Below, in pieces: positions 18,209-27,410 of a stretch of 64,000 bases of DNA. Origin of the DNA: Candidatus Omnitrophota bacterium (GTDB lineage: Bacteria > Omnitrophota > Gorgyraeia > Gygaellales > Profunditerraquicolaceae). Under the pieces are notes generated by a model. The model did no database searches and had not been told where the DNA came from. It was given only the letters and a program-made list of their open reading frames with translations. The position numbers were made by a program, and so were the translations under genes. The stretch lies in the NCBI GenBank assembly GCA_028717245.1, contig JAQUOD010000002.1, positions 204,772 through 268,771 of the forward strand, given 5' to 3'. Positions within the stretch are counted from its first letter, which is position 1. Every line of letters begins with the position of its first letter.

Positions 18209-18315
18209 TCGCACCTGGTGCGAAACTGAGATTGTACCGTTTCTGAATTTAAGCTTGTACCTGGTACCCGATTGGTTTCGCAGACGGTATAAGATTGGAT
18301 CTGCACCTGGTGCCA
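18209..18315. repeat. degenerate composite copy of REP family A (GCACCWGGTGC palindromes)
   Basis: GCACCTGGTGCGAAACTGAGATTGTACC, then GTACCTGGTACCCGATTGGTTTCGCA, then GCACCTGGTGCC. It matches the other family A copies with substitutions. Confidence 0.55.
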
Positions 18316-18322
18316 AAATGAA

Positions 18323-19171
18323 ATGAAGACGATAGCGTATTATAAGACTAAGAAGGTAATGATAAATTTATTCATCCATCTTTTTTTAATTACCATTGCC
18401 GCAAGCTGCATATTTCCCTTGTTATGGATGGTTTCCTCAAGCCTGAAGACCCAGGAGACGGTATTTAAAGACATGTCTTTAATCCCGCATCAGTTTCATT
18501 TTGAAAATTATCTCCTTGCCTGGAAAGAAGGGGGGTTCGGCAGGTATGCCTTAAACAGCATAATTTACACTGCCTCGGTGGTAATCGGCATAATTATTAT
18601 CGCCTCTTTAGCCGCTTACGCGTTTAGCCGCTTGCGTTTCCCGGGAAGGAATATTCTTTTCTTCATGTTTATGGCGGCGATGATGATACCCATACCCGGA
18701 AGTTTTGTTCCCCTATACGTCCTCTTGAGTAAATTGCACTTAAGGAATACCGCCTTGGGCTATATCCTGTGCATGGTGAGCGTGGGGTTATCCACAAGTA
18801 TCTTCCTTTTAAAGACCTTTTTTGATAAACTTCCGCGCGAATTAGAAGACGCGGCCAGGATAGACGGGTGCTCCAAATTCGGCATCTGGTGGCACGTGGC
18901 TTTACCTTTGGCAAAACCGGTATTGGCAGTAGTCGTGGTCTTTAACGCCCTGAATGTCTGGAACGAATACGTGCTGGCCCTGATAATATTTGAGAATAAA
19001 AACCTGATGCCCCTGCAACGGGCGTTGATGATGTTTCGGGGAGAGTTCTTGACTGATTACCCGCTTTTGATGGCTGGCTTGACTATAACGGCCCTGCCTA
19101 TAATCATAGTGTACCTCCTGATGCAGAAGTATATTGTTAAGGGAGTAACTTCCGGCGCGTTATTTGAATGA
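18323..19171 (+). CDS. carbohydrate ABC transporter permease (MalG/UgpE-like)
   Basis: ELEDAARIDGCS permease signature; 6 TM segments. Confidence 0.75.
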   Translation: MKTIAYYKTKKVMINLFIHLFLITIAASCIFPLLWMVSSSLKTQETVFKDMSLIPHQFHFENYLLAWKEGGFGRYALNSIIYTASVVIGIIIIASLAAYAFSRLRFPGRNILFFMFMAAMMIPIPGSFVPLYVLLSKLHLRNTALGYILCMVSVGLSTSIFLLKTFFDKLPRELEDAARIDGCSKFGIWWHVALPLAKPVLAVVVVFNALNVWNEYVLALIIFENKNLMPLQRALMMFRGEFLTDYPLLMAGLTITALPIIIVYLLMQKYIVKGVTSGALFE

Positions 19172-19179
19172 AAAAATTG

Positions 19180-19216
19180 TTTAATGCGCGAGGCATATTT
19201 GTTATAATGCCCATAC
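19180..19216 (+). promoter_or_regulatory. candidate promoter with extended -10 (TGTTATAAT) for the MFS gene
   Basis: TTAATG-16-TATAAT with TG at -15/-14; RBS AAAGGAGAGAGG before the ATG at 19264. Confidence 0.4.
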
Positions 19217-19263
19217 TTATCGTCACTAATTAGGTAAAACCTAATAAAGGAGAGAGGTTATCA

Positions 19264-20763
19264 ATGGAACAATCAACTAGTCAGCCAAAACACCATGTTA
19301 CGGCCCGCGAAGACCGCATCCCTGTTTTTCAAAAAGCCATATACAGCATAGGAGGGCTGGTTAATAGTATTCAGTCCGCAGCTATTGGGGCGATGGTCAT
19401 TGTTTTAAACATCGGATTAGGCGTGAACCCCGCTTTAGTGGGCCTGGTGGGGGCCATCCCTCGCCTTATCGACGCCATATCAGATCCCATTACCGGCTAC
19501 TTTTCAGATAATTTCCGAAGCCGATGGGGACGCCGCAGGCCTGTTATATTCTTCGGAGCGATTATCGGGGGAATCCTTTTCGCATTGATGTTCCAGCTAT
19601 ATAAGGGGCATAGCGAGAGTTTCTATTTCTGGTATTTCGCGGCATTCCAGAGCCTTTATTTTCTTGGATTTACCTGTTTTTCCATCCCCTGGATCGCCTT
19701 AGGGTATGAAATGACGCCTGATTATCATGAACGCACACGCTTGCAGGCGGCCAGCAATTTTATCGGCCAATTTGCCTGGATAATCGCTCCCTGGTTCTTC
19801 AAGATTATGGACAATAAGAGTATGTTTGTAGATATTGTCCATGGGGCGCGAGTCCTCTCAATAATCCTTGGTGCCTTTATCGTGGTTGGCGGCATACTTC
19901 CGGCAATTTTTATCAAAGAGCGTTTCGCTGACATACCGAAACCTAAAAGAGGAGAGGGCCCTTGGAATATTACCAAAGACTTCTTCCGCGGTTCTGTGAT
20001 TGCTTTCCAATGCCGCCCGTTTGTTAAACTGTGCGCGGTAACATTCTTGATCTTTAACGGATTTATGCTTGCCTCCGCCTTCTCAGCCTATGTTATTTTC
20101 TTCTATGTGTATCATGGCGATTATTCCAAAGGCGGCACACTGCTTGGTTGGTTTGGCTCGCTTAGTTCCGTTTGTACTTTCTGCGTCATTTACTTGGCCA
20201 CATGGCTCTCCACAAAGATCGGCAAGCGAAAAACCTTTTTAATCACCATTTCCATTTCCATCATCGGTTACGCTTTGAAATGGATAGGGTATAACCCCGA
20301 CCATCCATACTTACTGCTGATCGCAGCCCCCTTTATTGCCTTCGGCCTGGGATCGCTCTTCACATTGGTCAGTTCCATGGTTGCCGATGTTTGTGATTTT
20401 GACGAACTTTTGACCGGCACGCGCAGAGAAGGTTTGTTTGGCGCTATTTACTGGTGGATGGTAAAACTGGGACTTGCGATTTCATCGCTTCTCTCCGGGA
20501 TCCTCCTGAATGTAACCGGCTTCAATATCGCATTAGGCGCTAACCAGACGGTCAGCGCTTTATTCTGGATGAGGATATGCGATATCGGAATTCCAATTGT
20601 GACCTCTTTAGTTGCTATTTTCATTATTATGACTTTTGAAATTTCAGAAGCTAAGGCATGTGAAATTCGTGCGCAGGTAGAGCGGCGAAGAGGGGAAAGA
20701 CGAAGCGAAGAAATGCGGGTAGAAGAAGAAAGGCGTAGAGGCGAAAGACGGGAACAGGGTTAA
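19264..20763 (+). CDS. MFS transporter, glycoside-pentoside-hexuronide (GPH) cation symporter family; Arg/Glu-rich low-complexity C-terminal tail
   Basis: GPH signature DxxxxxxGRRRP (SDNFRSRWGRRRP), 12 TM. The tail ERRRGERRSEEMRVEEERRRGERREQG is encoded by imperfect direct repeats. Confidence 0.75.
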   Translation: MEQSTSQPKHHVTAREDRIPVFQKAIYSIGGLVNSIQSAAIGAMVIVLNIGLGVNPALVGLVGAIPRLIDAISDPITGYFSDNFRSRWGRRRPVIFFGAIIGGILFALMFQLYKGHSESFYFWYFAAFQSLYFLGFTCFSIPWIALGYEMTPDYHERTRLQAASNFIGQFAWIIAPWFFKIMDNKSMFVDIVHGARVLSIILGAFIVVGGILPAIFIKERFADIPKPKRGEGPWNITKDFFRGSVIAFQCRPFVKLCAVTFLIFNGFMLASAFSAYVIFFYVYHGDYSKGGTLLGWFGSLSSVCTFCVIYLATWLSTKIGKRKTFLITISISIIGYALKWIGYNPDHPYLLLIAAPFIAFGLGSLFTLVSSMVADVCDFDELLTGTRREGLFGAIYWWMVKLGLAISSLLSGILLNVTGFNIALGANQTVSALFWMRICDIGIPIVTSLVAIFIIMTFEISEAKACEIRAQVERRRGERRSEEMRVEEERRRGERREQG

Positions 20764-20799
20764 TATATCCAAGGGAGTAACCATGGGAGCGATTGTAGG

Positions 20800-23145
20800 A
20801 TGATAAGTTCAGTTTTAAGCTATAAGCTATCAGTTTTAAGCAAGAAAAAAAATATTTTGTTTCTTTTGTTGCTGTTTCTTACAGCTTACAGCTTACAGCT
20901 TACAGCTTACAGTTGTTTTGCTGAAGAGCTAAGTAACCCTTCTTCCGGCGAGCTCATCGTCAAGGCCTGGGAGGCGCACGGTAAAAGAGACACAGAGGCG
21001 ACTTTTAGATATACGCAGGAGTGTATTGATTTATATAAAGGAGAAGCCGATAAACAACAGGCAGCCTTAGGGGCGCTTCCTAAGAATAAAGAAGAAATCG
21101 GGCAGGTAGCGGTTTTAAATGACGTAGCCACCGCTTATTTTATTCAGGCAGAAAGCCTGATGCGCCAGGAAAAGATTGGAGAAGCCAAGAAGATTTTTCA
21201 ATTAATTATTGATAAATATTCTTATGCCCAGGCGTGGGATCAGCGCGGCTGGTACTGGCAGGTCGCGCAGGCAGCAGGCCAGAGCATAAAGAAGATAGAG
21301 ATCGGCTCCATTGAGATAGATAAAAAAATCAAAATAAGCCAAATCTCTACTACTATAACCCTATACGATACGGGTAAGGAAGACTTCGTAGATTACGCCA
21401 AATACGGCGAGTTTAAAAATATCGGGACAAAGGATTACGCCTATGTAATAAAAGACCAGGAAGGTTTGAGCCAAGCAGTAGGCGAAGGCATCTATCCGAA
21501 TACTAGTTCAGTCAGGTGGGACCCGGAATTTAAAAAGGCGCGCGAGGAAAAAAGGCTGGAAGGCAACCACTGGGATTTTTTGCATTCCCCGGATTTGGAA
21601 GCTGCTTTTTTAAAATGGGCCACTACTTCTGAGCCGATGGGGATAAAGTTATTTTATACCGGCATTATCTTAGAAAAGGCAGGCCTGATAAAACACGCCA
21701 TTAAATGCTATTATGCTATTGTGGTGCATTTTCCGGGCAGTACCGGCTGGACTTATTGGCATACGCCCTGGTCAGTGGGGCAGGCGGCAATCTCCAAAAT
21801 AAATTTTCTCCTGCGCACCCAATCCAATTTAGGCTATAAGCTTGTGGATGCGGATATCCGCATCATTAACGGATACGATAATGATATCTCTAACGATATC
21901 GTGATTACCAATCCGGGCAGGTTTGAAAAGGTCAATTTTTTAGAGAAATTCAAACCCAAAACATTGCCCGCAGGGGCAAAGAATATCAAGCGGCGCCTGG
22001 GAGAAGGCAAAGTGCACCTGGTCCAATATGAAAACGGAGACTGGCAGCTTATGGTGAATAATAAGCCCTATATAATTAAAGGTATTACCTACGCCCCGAC
22101 AAAAGTAGGCGAGTCTCCCGATGAAGGGACAATGACCAACTGGATGGAAGACGATTTTAACCAAAACGGCAAAATCGACGGGCCTTATGACGCCTTTGTG
22201 GACAAAAACAGGAATAACCTGCAGGATGCAAATGAGCCGAGCGTCGGAGATTTTTATCTCATGAAGGAAATGGGTGTAAATACTATCCGGCTCTACCAGC
22301 AGCCTTTTAAGGTAAATAAAGAGCTGCTGCGTGAACTTTATCAGAATTACGGTATTATGGTGATTATGGGAGATTTTTTAGGTAAATATGCCTTAGGTTC
22401 CGGGGCGAGCTGGTATCCGGGTACGGATTATAATAACGAAGAACACAGAAAAAATATGTTGGAATCCGTCATCAAGATGGTTTTGGAATTTAAGGATGAA
22501 CCATACGTTCTGTTCTGGTTATTAGGTAATGAGAATGTCTATGGGTTTGCCTGTAATGCCAATACCGAGCCGGATGCCTTTTTTAAATTTGCCAATGAAG
22601 TAGCCAAACAAATCAAGGCGATTGACCCTGAGCATCCGGTAGCTATCTGTAGCGGCGATACCTTATTTTTAGATAAATTCGGCAAGAATTCATGCGATAT
22701 TGATATCTTCGGCACCAATGCCTACCGGGGCGAATATGGTTTTGGTTTTATCTGGAAACAGGTAAAAGAAGAGGCGGATAAAGCGGTATTTATTACGGAA
22801 TTCGGCTGCCCGGCTCATGCTGAGAGTAAAGCCTTAGACAAAGCGGAATTTTTGCAGGCGCGATATCATCAGGGGGCCTGGGGCGATATAGAGCATAATA
22901 TGGCCTTTCAGCATGGCGCGGGAAATGCCTTAGGTGGCGTAGTCTTTGAATGGCTGGATGAATGGTGGAAGGCCTATGAGCCTTTTTTGCATGATACCAA
23001 AGGCCTCTTCACCGGCCCTTTTCCCGACGGATTTATGCATGAGGAGTGGCTGGGTTTGAGCGGCCAGGGCGACGGCAAGCTAAGCCCGTTCTTGCGGCAG
23101 TTACGCCAGTCATATTATACGTATAAGAAATTATGGAGGCGATAG
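20800..23145 (+). CDS. secreted clan GH-A (TIM-barrel) glycoside hydrolase-like protein with an N-terminal helical/TPR-like region
   Basis: Signal peptide. LLGNENVYG (NE acid/base) and FITEFGCP (nucleophile) occur at the spacing typical of GH2/GH5-type retaining hydrolases. Paralogous to 24489..25748. Confidence 0.55.
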   Translation: MISSVLSYKLSVLSKKKNILFLLLLFLTAYSLQLTAYSCFAEELSNPSSGELIVKAWEAHGKRDTEATFRYTQECIDLYKGEADKQQAALGALPKNKEEIGQVAVLNDVATAYFIQAESLMRQEKIGEAKKIFQLIIDKYSYAQAWDQRGWYWQVAQAAGQSIKKIEIGSIEIDKKIKISQISTTITLYDTGKEDFVDYAKYGEFKNIGTKDYAYVIKDQEGLSQAVGEGIYPNTSSVRWDPEFKKAREEKRLEGNHWDFLHSPDLEAAFLKWATTSEPMGIKLFYTGIILEKAGLIKHAIKCYYAIVVHFPGSTGWTYWHTPWSVGQAAISKINFLLRTQSNLGYKLVDADIRIINGYDNDISNDIVITNPGRFEKVNFLEKFKPKTLPAGAKNIKRRLGEGKVHLVQYENGDWQLMVNNKPYIIKGITYAPTKVGESPDEGTMTNWMEDDFNQNGKIDGPYDAFVDKNRNNLQDANEPSVGDFYLMKEMGVNTIRLYQQPFKVNKELLRELYQNYGIMVIMGDFLGKYALGSGASWYPGTDYNNEEHRKNMLESVIKMVLEFKDEPYVLFWLLGNENVYGFACNANTEPDAFFKFANEVAKQIKAIDPEHPVAICSGDTLFLDKFGKNSCDIDIFGTNAYRGEYGFGFIWKQVKEEADKAVFITEFGCPAHAESKALDKAEFLQARYHQGAWGDIEHNMAFQHGAGNALGGVVFEWLDEWWKAYEPFLHDTKGLFTGPFPDGFMHEEWLGLSGQGDGKLSPFLRQLRQSYYTYKKLWRR
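20878..20912 (+). repeat. perfect (CTTACAG)x5 heptanucleotide tract inside the signal-peptide coding region
   Basis: Five exact 7-nt units at 20878-20912, encoding LTAYSLQLTAYS. Confidence 0.9.
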
Positions 23146-23174
23146 GGGGGGTGGTAAGAAGCATAAATAGATAA

Positions 23175-23233
23175 AAGGGACAGGTACAATCTTAATTCCG
23201 CACCAGGTGCCCGATTAGATTTGCACCTGGTGT
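23175..23233 (+). repeat. REP family A copy (A2)
   Basis: AAGGGACAGGTACAATCTTA..GCACCAGGTGCCCGATTAGATTTGCACCTGGTG; an internal hairpin is formed by GCACCAGGTGC / GCACCTGGTGC. Confidence 0.8.
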
Positions 23234-23262
23234 AAACAAAAAATAAAGAGGAGGTGTGGGAG

Positions 23263-24402
23263 ATGAAGAAGTTATTAGTAGTATTATTGGCGTTGGCGCT
23301 CTTGGTTCCTGCTTGCATTTACGCAGAAGAGCAACTTAAAGAATTTGTGGTTTACAGCGATAAAAGTTCCAGGGATAACCATTATATTCCCGCAGGCTGG
23401 ATAGGCGACTATGGCGACATCAAGATAAACGACCAGGCCGCGGCCAATCCGCATTCGGGCAATACCTGTATCCAGTTCGTTTATACGGCCAAGAAATCTC
23501 AAGGCCAGGGTTGGGCAGGCATTTACTGGCAGAATCCCGCGAACAACTGGGGAGGCAAAAAGGGCGGTTTTGATTTGACCGGGATGACTAAGCTCACCTT
23601 TTGGGCGCGCGGGGAAAAGGGCGGTGAGATCATCCAGAAGTTTGTCGTAGGCGGCATCAAAGGTACATATCCGGATTCAACAGTCGTGGAAATGGGCCCT
23701 GTTGAGCTTACGGATACCTGGACAGAATACACCATCAATCTGGCCGGCCGCGACTTATCTTATCTTAACGGCGGTTTCAGCTGGGTGACTACCGCGGATT
23801 TAAACCCTAATGGCATGACCTTCTACCTTGATGATATAAAATTTTCGGCAGATACCTCTATGAAACCCGAAGCTAGGAAACAGGATAATATGCCTTTCTA
23901 TGTCTACGCCGACAGGGGTTCCATAAATAATCACTTCGTCCCTTCTGGATGGGTAGGCGATTATGGCGACTTAAGATACGATAATGCCTCTAAAGAAGAC
24001 CCTTACTTAGGCGATACCTGCGTAAAGATAATTTATTCAGGCAAGGCCACTCAGGGCGCGCGCTGGGCAGGTATATACTGGCAGAATCCCGCCAACAACT
24101 GGGGGACAGTGGATGCAGGTTATGACCTTTCCCGCGCTACCAAGCTTACCTTTTGGGCACGCGGAGAAAAAGGCGGCGAGAGGATAGAAGAATTTAAGTT
24201 AGGCGGTATAATGGGAGAGTTTTCCGATTCAGATACTGCTGTGATCGGGCCTGTGATCCTGGATAAAACCTGGACCCAATATACCATTGACTTAAAGGGC
24301 AAGGATATGTCTTACATCATCGGCGGTTTCTGCTGGTCAACAAATGTTGACGTTAACCCCGAAGGTGCTACTTTCTATTTAGACGAGATTAAGTACGAAT
24401 AA
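23263..24402 (+). CDS. secreted protein made of two ~185-aa internal repeats (beta-sandwich CBM-like modules)
   Basis: Signal peptide. Each repeat carries GWxGDYGD ... WAGIYWQNPANNWG ... KLTFWARGEKGG ... FYLD(D/E)IK(F/Y). ATG 23263 with RBS AAGAGGAGG is preferred over the GTG at 23254. Confidence 0.5.
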   Translation: MKKLLVVLLALALLVPACIYAEEQLKEFVVYSDKSSRDNHYIPAGWIGDYGDIKINDQAAANPHSGNTCIQFVYTAKKSQGQGWAGIYWQNPANNWGGKKGGFDLTGMTKLTFWARGEKGGEIIQKFVVGGIKGTYPDSTVVEMGPVELTDTWTEYTINLAGRDLSYLNGGFSWVTTADLNPNGMTFYLDDIKFSADTSMKPEARKQDNMPFYVYADRGSINNHFVPSGWVGDYGDLRYDNASKEDPYLGDTCVKIIYSGKATQGARWAGIYWQNPANNWGTVDAGYDLSRATKLTFWARGEKGGERIEEFKLGGIMGEFSDSDTAVIGPVILDKTWTQYTIDLKGKDMSYIIGGFCWSTNVDVNPEGATFYLDEIKYE

Positions 24403-24407
24403 AACCC

Positions 24408-24484
24408 TAGGGACGGTTCTCAAGCCAAAGCAAGAAGTGTCCCCATAAGGGGACACTTCTCCGATTGGACTAAGAACCGTCCCT
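24408..24484. repeat. REP family B doublet (B1): ~77-bp long palindrome
   Basis: TAGGGACGGTTCTCAAGCCAAAGCAAGAAGTGTCCCC-ATAA-GGGGACACTTCTCCGATTGGACTAAGAACCGTCCCT; arms of about 36 bp. Confidence 0.8.
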
Positions 24485-24488
24485 CTAT

Positions 24489-25748
24489 ATGCAGTATGCA
24501 GTGAAGAAATTAAACGCTACATTCATTATTGCCGTATTTTTTTTGGTCTTAACGGCTATATCCTGTGCTCCGGCTAATAGGCCGAGCGTCTATATTCAAA
24601 AACTCAAAAATAGCCGTTACCAGTTAATGGTAGAGCGTAAGCCCTATGTGGTCAGAGGCGTCTGTTATAATCCTATCCCCATCGGAGCGAACCACGAATA
24701 CGATTGGTGGTCAGACTCCAATAAACCTTGGCTTATAGACGGAAAATTAATGCAGGAGATGGGCGCGAATACTGTCAGGCTCTATCAGGTCCATGAGAAT
24801 GCCGAAGAGGTCAAGACGGTCATCCGCGATTTATACGAACGTTACGGTATCCGCACTATTCTCGGGCATTGGCTGGGTTTTTGGGAATATCCCTGCCCGC
24901 TTTACGCGGATAAAGGCTTCCAGGATAGGATAAAGGGAGAGGTCCTGGCTATGGTTTCTACATACAAGGATGAGCCGGGCCTGCTCTTATGGATTCTGGG
25001 TAATGAAAATAATTATTCCTGTTGGGGCAGGGTTAATCCCTGGTCGGATGATGGAATAGACAAGGAGCCTGACCCGCAGAAAAAATGCCTCATGCGCGCC
25101 GATATTTATTATTCTTTTGTGAACGAGTTGGCAAAAGAGATACACAAGATAGACCCAGAGCATCCGGTGGCGCTGGGTAACGGAGAATTAATAGGTTTGG
25201 ATATTGCCAACAAAGCATGCCCGGATATAGACCTGGTTGCCTGCATTATTTACCGGGGCAAGACCTTTGGTAATCTTTTCCAGTCTTTGAAGTTATCCTT
25301 TGATAAGCCGATATTGTTATCGGAGATCGGCGCAGACAGTTACAATGCCCACAAAAATGTAGAGGACCAGAACATGCAGGCCTTCTTCTTAGAATCGCAG
25401 TGGCGCCAGATTTATGAAAACTTAGCCCGGAATAAAAAAGGCGCGGGCAATTGTTTAGGAGGCGCAATCTTTGAATGGACAGACGAGTGGTGGAAACATA
25501 ATGAAGGCGACCCCGAAGGCTGGAAGATGCATAATACCGAAGCCGGCTGGTCCAGCGGCAGTTATTATTTTGATATACAGGCGCCCAATAATATGAATAT
25601 GAACGAAGAGTATTTCGGTATTGTGGCCCTCTCGCAGGACTTAGAGGGCGGCATCGATAAGCGTATCCCCAAAAAAAGCTATTATGTCATCAGGGAGTTC
25701 TGGAAGAATCCCGTTGAGAAGCCAAAAGCCAAAAATAAAAAGCCGTAA
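24489..25748 (+). CDS. secreted clan GH-A glycoside hydrolase-like protein (paralog of the 20800 gene catalytic region)
   Basis: LLWILGNENNYS and LLSEIGADS motifs, with AIFEWTDEWWKHNEG matching VVFEWLDEWWKAYE in the paralog. Confidence 0.55.
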   Translation: MQYAVKKLNATFIIAVFFLVLTAISCAPANRPSVYIQKLKNSRYQLMVERKPYVVRGVCYNPIPIGANHEYDWWSDSNKPWLIDGKLMQEMGANTVRLYQVHENAEEVKTVIRDLYERYGIRTILGHWLGFWEYPCPLYADKGFQDRIKGEVLAMVSTYKDEPGLLLWILGNENNYSCWGRVNPWSDDGIDKEPDPQKKCLMRADIYYSFVNELAKEIHKIDPEHPVALGNGELIGLDIANKACPDIDLVACIIYRGKTFGNLFQSLKLSFDKPILLSEIGADSYNAHKNVEDQNMQAFFLESQWRQIYENLARNKKGAGNCLGGAIFEWTDEWWKHNEGDPEGWKMHNTEAGWSSGSYYFDIQAPNNMNMNEEYFGIVALSQDLEGGIDKRIPKKSYYVIREFWKNPVEKPKAKNKKP

Positions 25749-25787
25749 GCTATAAGTCCTAAGCTTTAGGCCGAAAAGGAAAAAAGA

Positions 25788-27410
25788 ATGAGAAAAATAA
25801 AATATAAACTTATCAAAGCATTTTTGATATTTATTTTTGCTTACAGCTTACAGCTTACAGCTTACAGCTTATTCGCCCAGGACGCCGATAAAACAGCCGC
25901 GCTTATGCAACAGATTATTGAAGTGAAAACAAACACGGATTTATACGCGCCCTTTGAGGAATTAAAGAACTTATATTTTCAAGAGAATAAATATTCGGAA
26001 TTTATAGAATCCTTAGGCCCTTTACTTACGAAAAAAGAGGCCTCAGCGCCCTTCGTAAATTATTACACTGCCTTAAGCCGCTATTCCCAGCTTAAATATT
26101 TGGAAGAGACACAGAACTGGGACGAATATTTTAATAAAGGTAATACCTATAGGGATGAACTCAACTTAGGCCTGCAGAATACAATCGCTTCTACGAACGC
26201 TAAAGAAGCCTTGAATCTTTATGCTAAGCTTCTCTTGTGGCAGTTCCATAAGGACCAGCAGGATGTTTTTGCGGATGCCGCATTTACTGACTTATTGAAT
26301 ACCGCCTCGGAGTATGCCAAAGATACGCAAAACCCCAAGCCCATAAAAGATGTTGCGGATAAACTTTTAGCCTACGCGGAAAAAAACGAATCCAGGCAGT
26401 TGTACCGGCTTTATGTAGAGAAGTTAATCGCTTCGGTTAAGGAAGACAAGGAATTGGAGAATATTGCCTTAGGATTTTATCAGGAAGGTAATTTAGAGTT
26501 ATCCGAGGCCCTTTTTGATGCTTATATAGAGCGTATCAGTAAAGAATCTCCAAAAGATAGGGTCCTGTTGGCGCTGATAGATATTGCCCGGAAATTTTCC
26601 TATCGGGAGGATGGGACAAAAGATGCCGCTTACGCCGAGAAGATATTTGCCAAGATCGAGGAGATAGGCAAAAAGGATGCCTTTAGTGAAGAGCTGAAGT
26701 ATCTACGCGCTTTCAATGCGCAGACATTAAAGGAATACGCAAAGGCAAAAGATTTTTATCTGGATTTGCTGCAGCGTTATCCTAAGAGCGCTTATGCTGA
26801 TGAGGCGAATCTCAAGGCGGGCATTATCTCTACCTATATATTAAGGGATATAAAAGCAGGCAGGGATTATTTTAGCATATTGGTGCAGAAGGAGCCATTA
26901 GCCCCGGGGGGCATCTTGAGTTTATACCAATTAGGATTACTTAGCCAGTGGGAGAATGATTTAGAAAAGGCCAAGGGTTATTATCGTCAACTGCTTGAGA
27001 AAGCAGGCGAGAATTTCCCTGAGACCACGGCATTGGCTAGGGAGAGGCTGAAAGAGATAGAAGAGGCAAAGCCGTTGGAATATAATCTTAAGACGTTCTT
27101 AGACCTTTCCTTAAAAGACGAATATAAAATTTTCGATATGACCAAGCTGGATTTAAAGGCATCTTTGGCTAAAGCCAGGAAAGGCCAAGGCATAAACTTC
27201 AGCACTAGCACTTATGCTGGCGAAAGCGGCTGCATGCAGGTAGAAATACAATATCTCTGGTCAGGCGAGCTCGGGGCGACACAACCTGCTACGCAGGAGC
27301 AGGCATTTGATACTGCCTACAACCAGGCCGGCACTAAAATCATAAGTTTAGTCGTAGCTTCTCCTTCAGGCATTATAGACAGAGGCATCGTAATACTAGA
27401 CATCGATTAG
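25788..27410 (+). CDS. secreted TPR-repeat protein
   Basis: Signal peptide followed by helical repeat composition. Confidence 0.55.
   Translation: MRKIKYKLIKAFLIFIFAYSLQLTAYSLFAQDADKTAALMQQIIEVKTNTDLYAPFEELKNLYFQENKYSEFIESLGPLLTKKEASAPFVNYYTALSRYSQLKYLEETQNWDEYFNKGNTYRDELNLGLQNTIASTNAKEALNLYAKLLLWQFHKDQQDVFADAAFTDLLNTASEYAKDTQNPKPIKDVADKLLAYAEKNESRQLYRLYVEKLIASVKEDKELENIALGFYQEGNLELSEALFDAYIERISKESPKDRVLLALIDIARKFSYREDGTKDAAYAEKIFAKIEEIGKKDAFSEELKYLRAFNAQTLKEYAKAKDFYLDLLQRYPKSAYADEANLKAGIISTYILRDIKAGRDYFSILVQKEPLAPGGILSLYQLGLLSQWENDLEKAKGYYRQLLEKAGENFPETTALARERLKEIEEAKPLEYNLKTFLDLSLKDEYKIFDMTKLDLKASLAKARKGQGINFSTSTYAGESGCMQVEIQYLWSGELGATQPATQEQAFDTAYNQAGTKIISLVVASPSGIIDRGIVILDID
25840..25867 (+). 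repeat. perfect (CTTACAG)x4 heptanucleotide tract inside the signal-peptide coding region
   Basis: Four exact units plus a partial CTTA, encoding AYSLQLTAYSL. Same repeat as at 20878. Confidence 0.9.

Noticed and set aside
20845-20852. A8 homopolymer inside the 5' end of the GH-A gene as a second slippage site
   Set aside because: A8 runs are common in AT-rich genomes and encode the Lys-rich n-region of the signal peptide. Not distinctive on its own; the heptamer tract is the stronger candidate.
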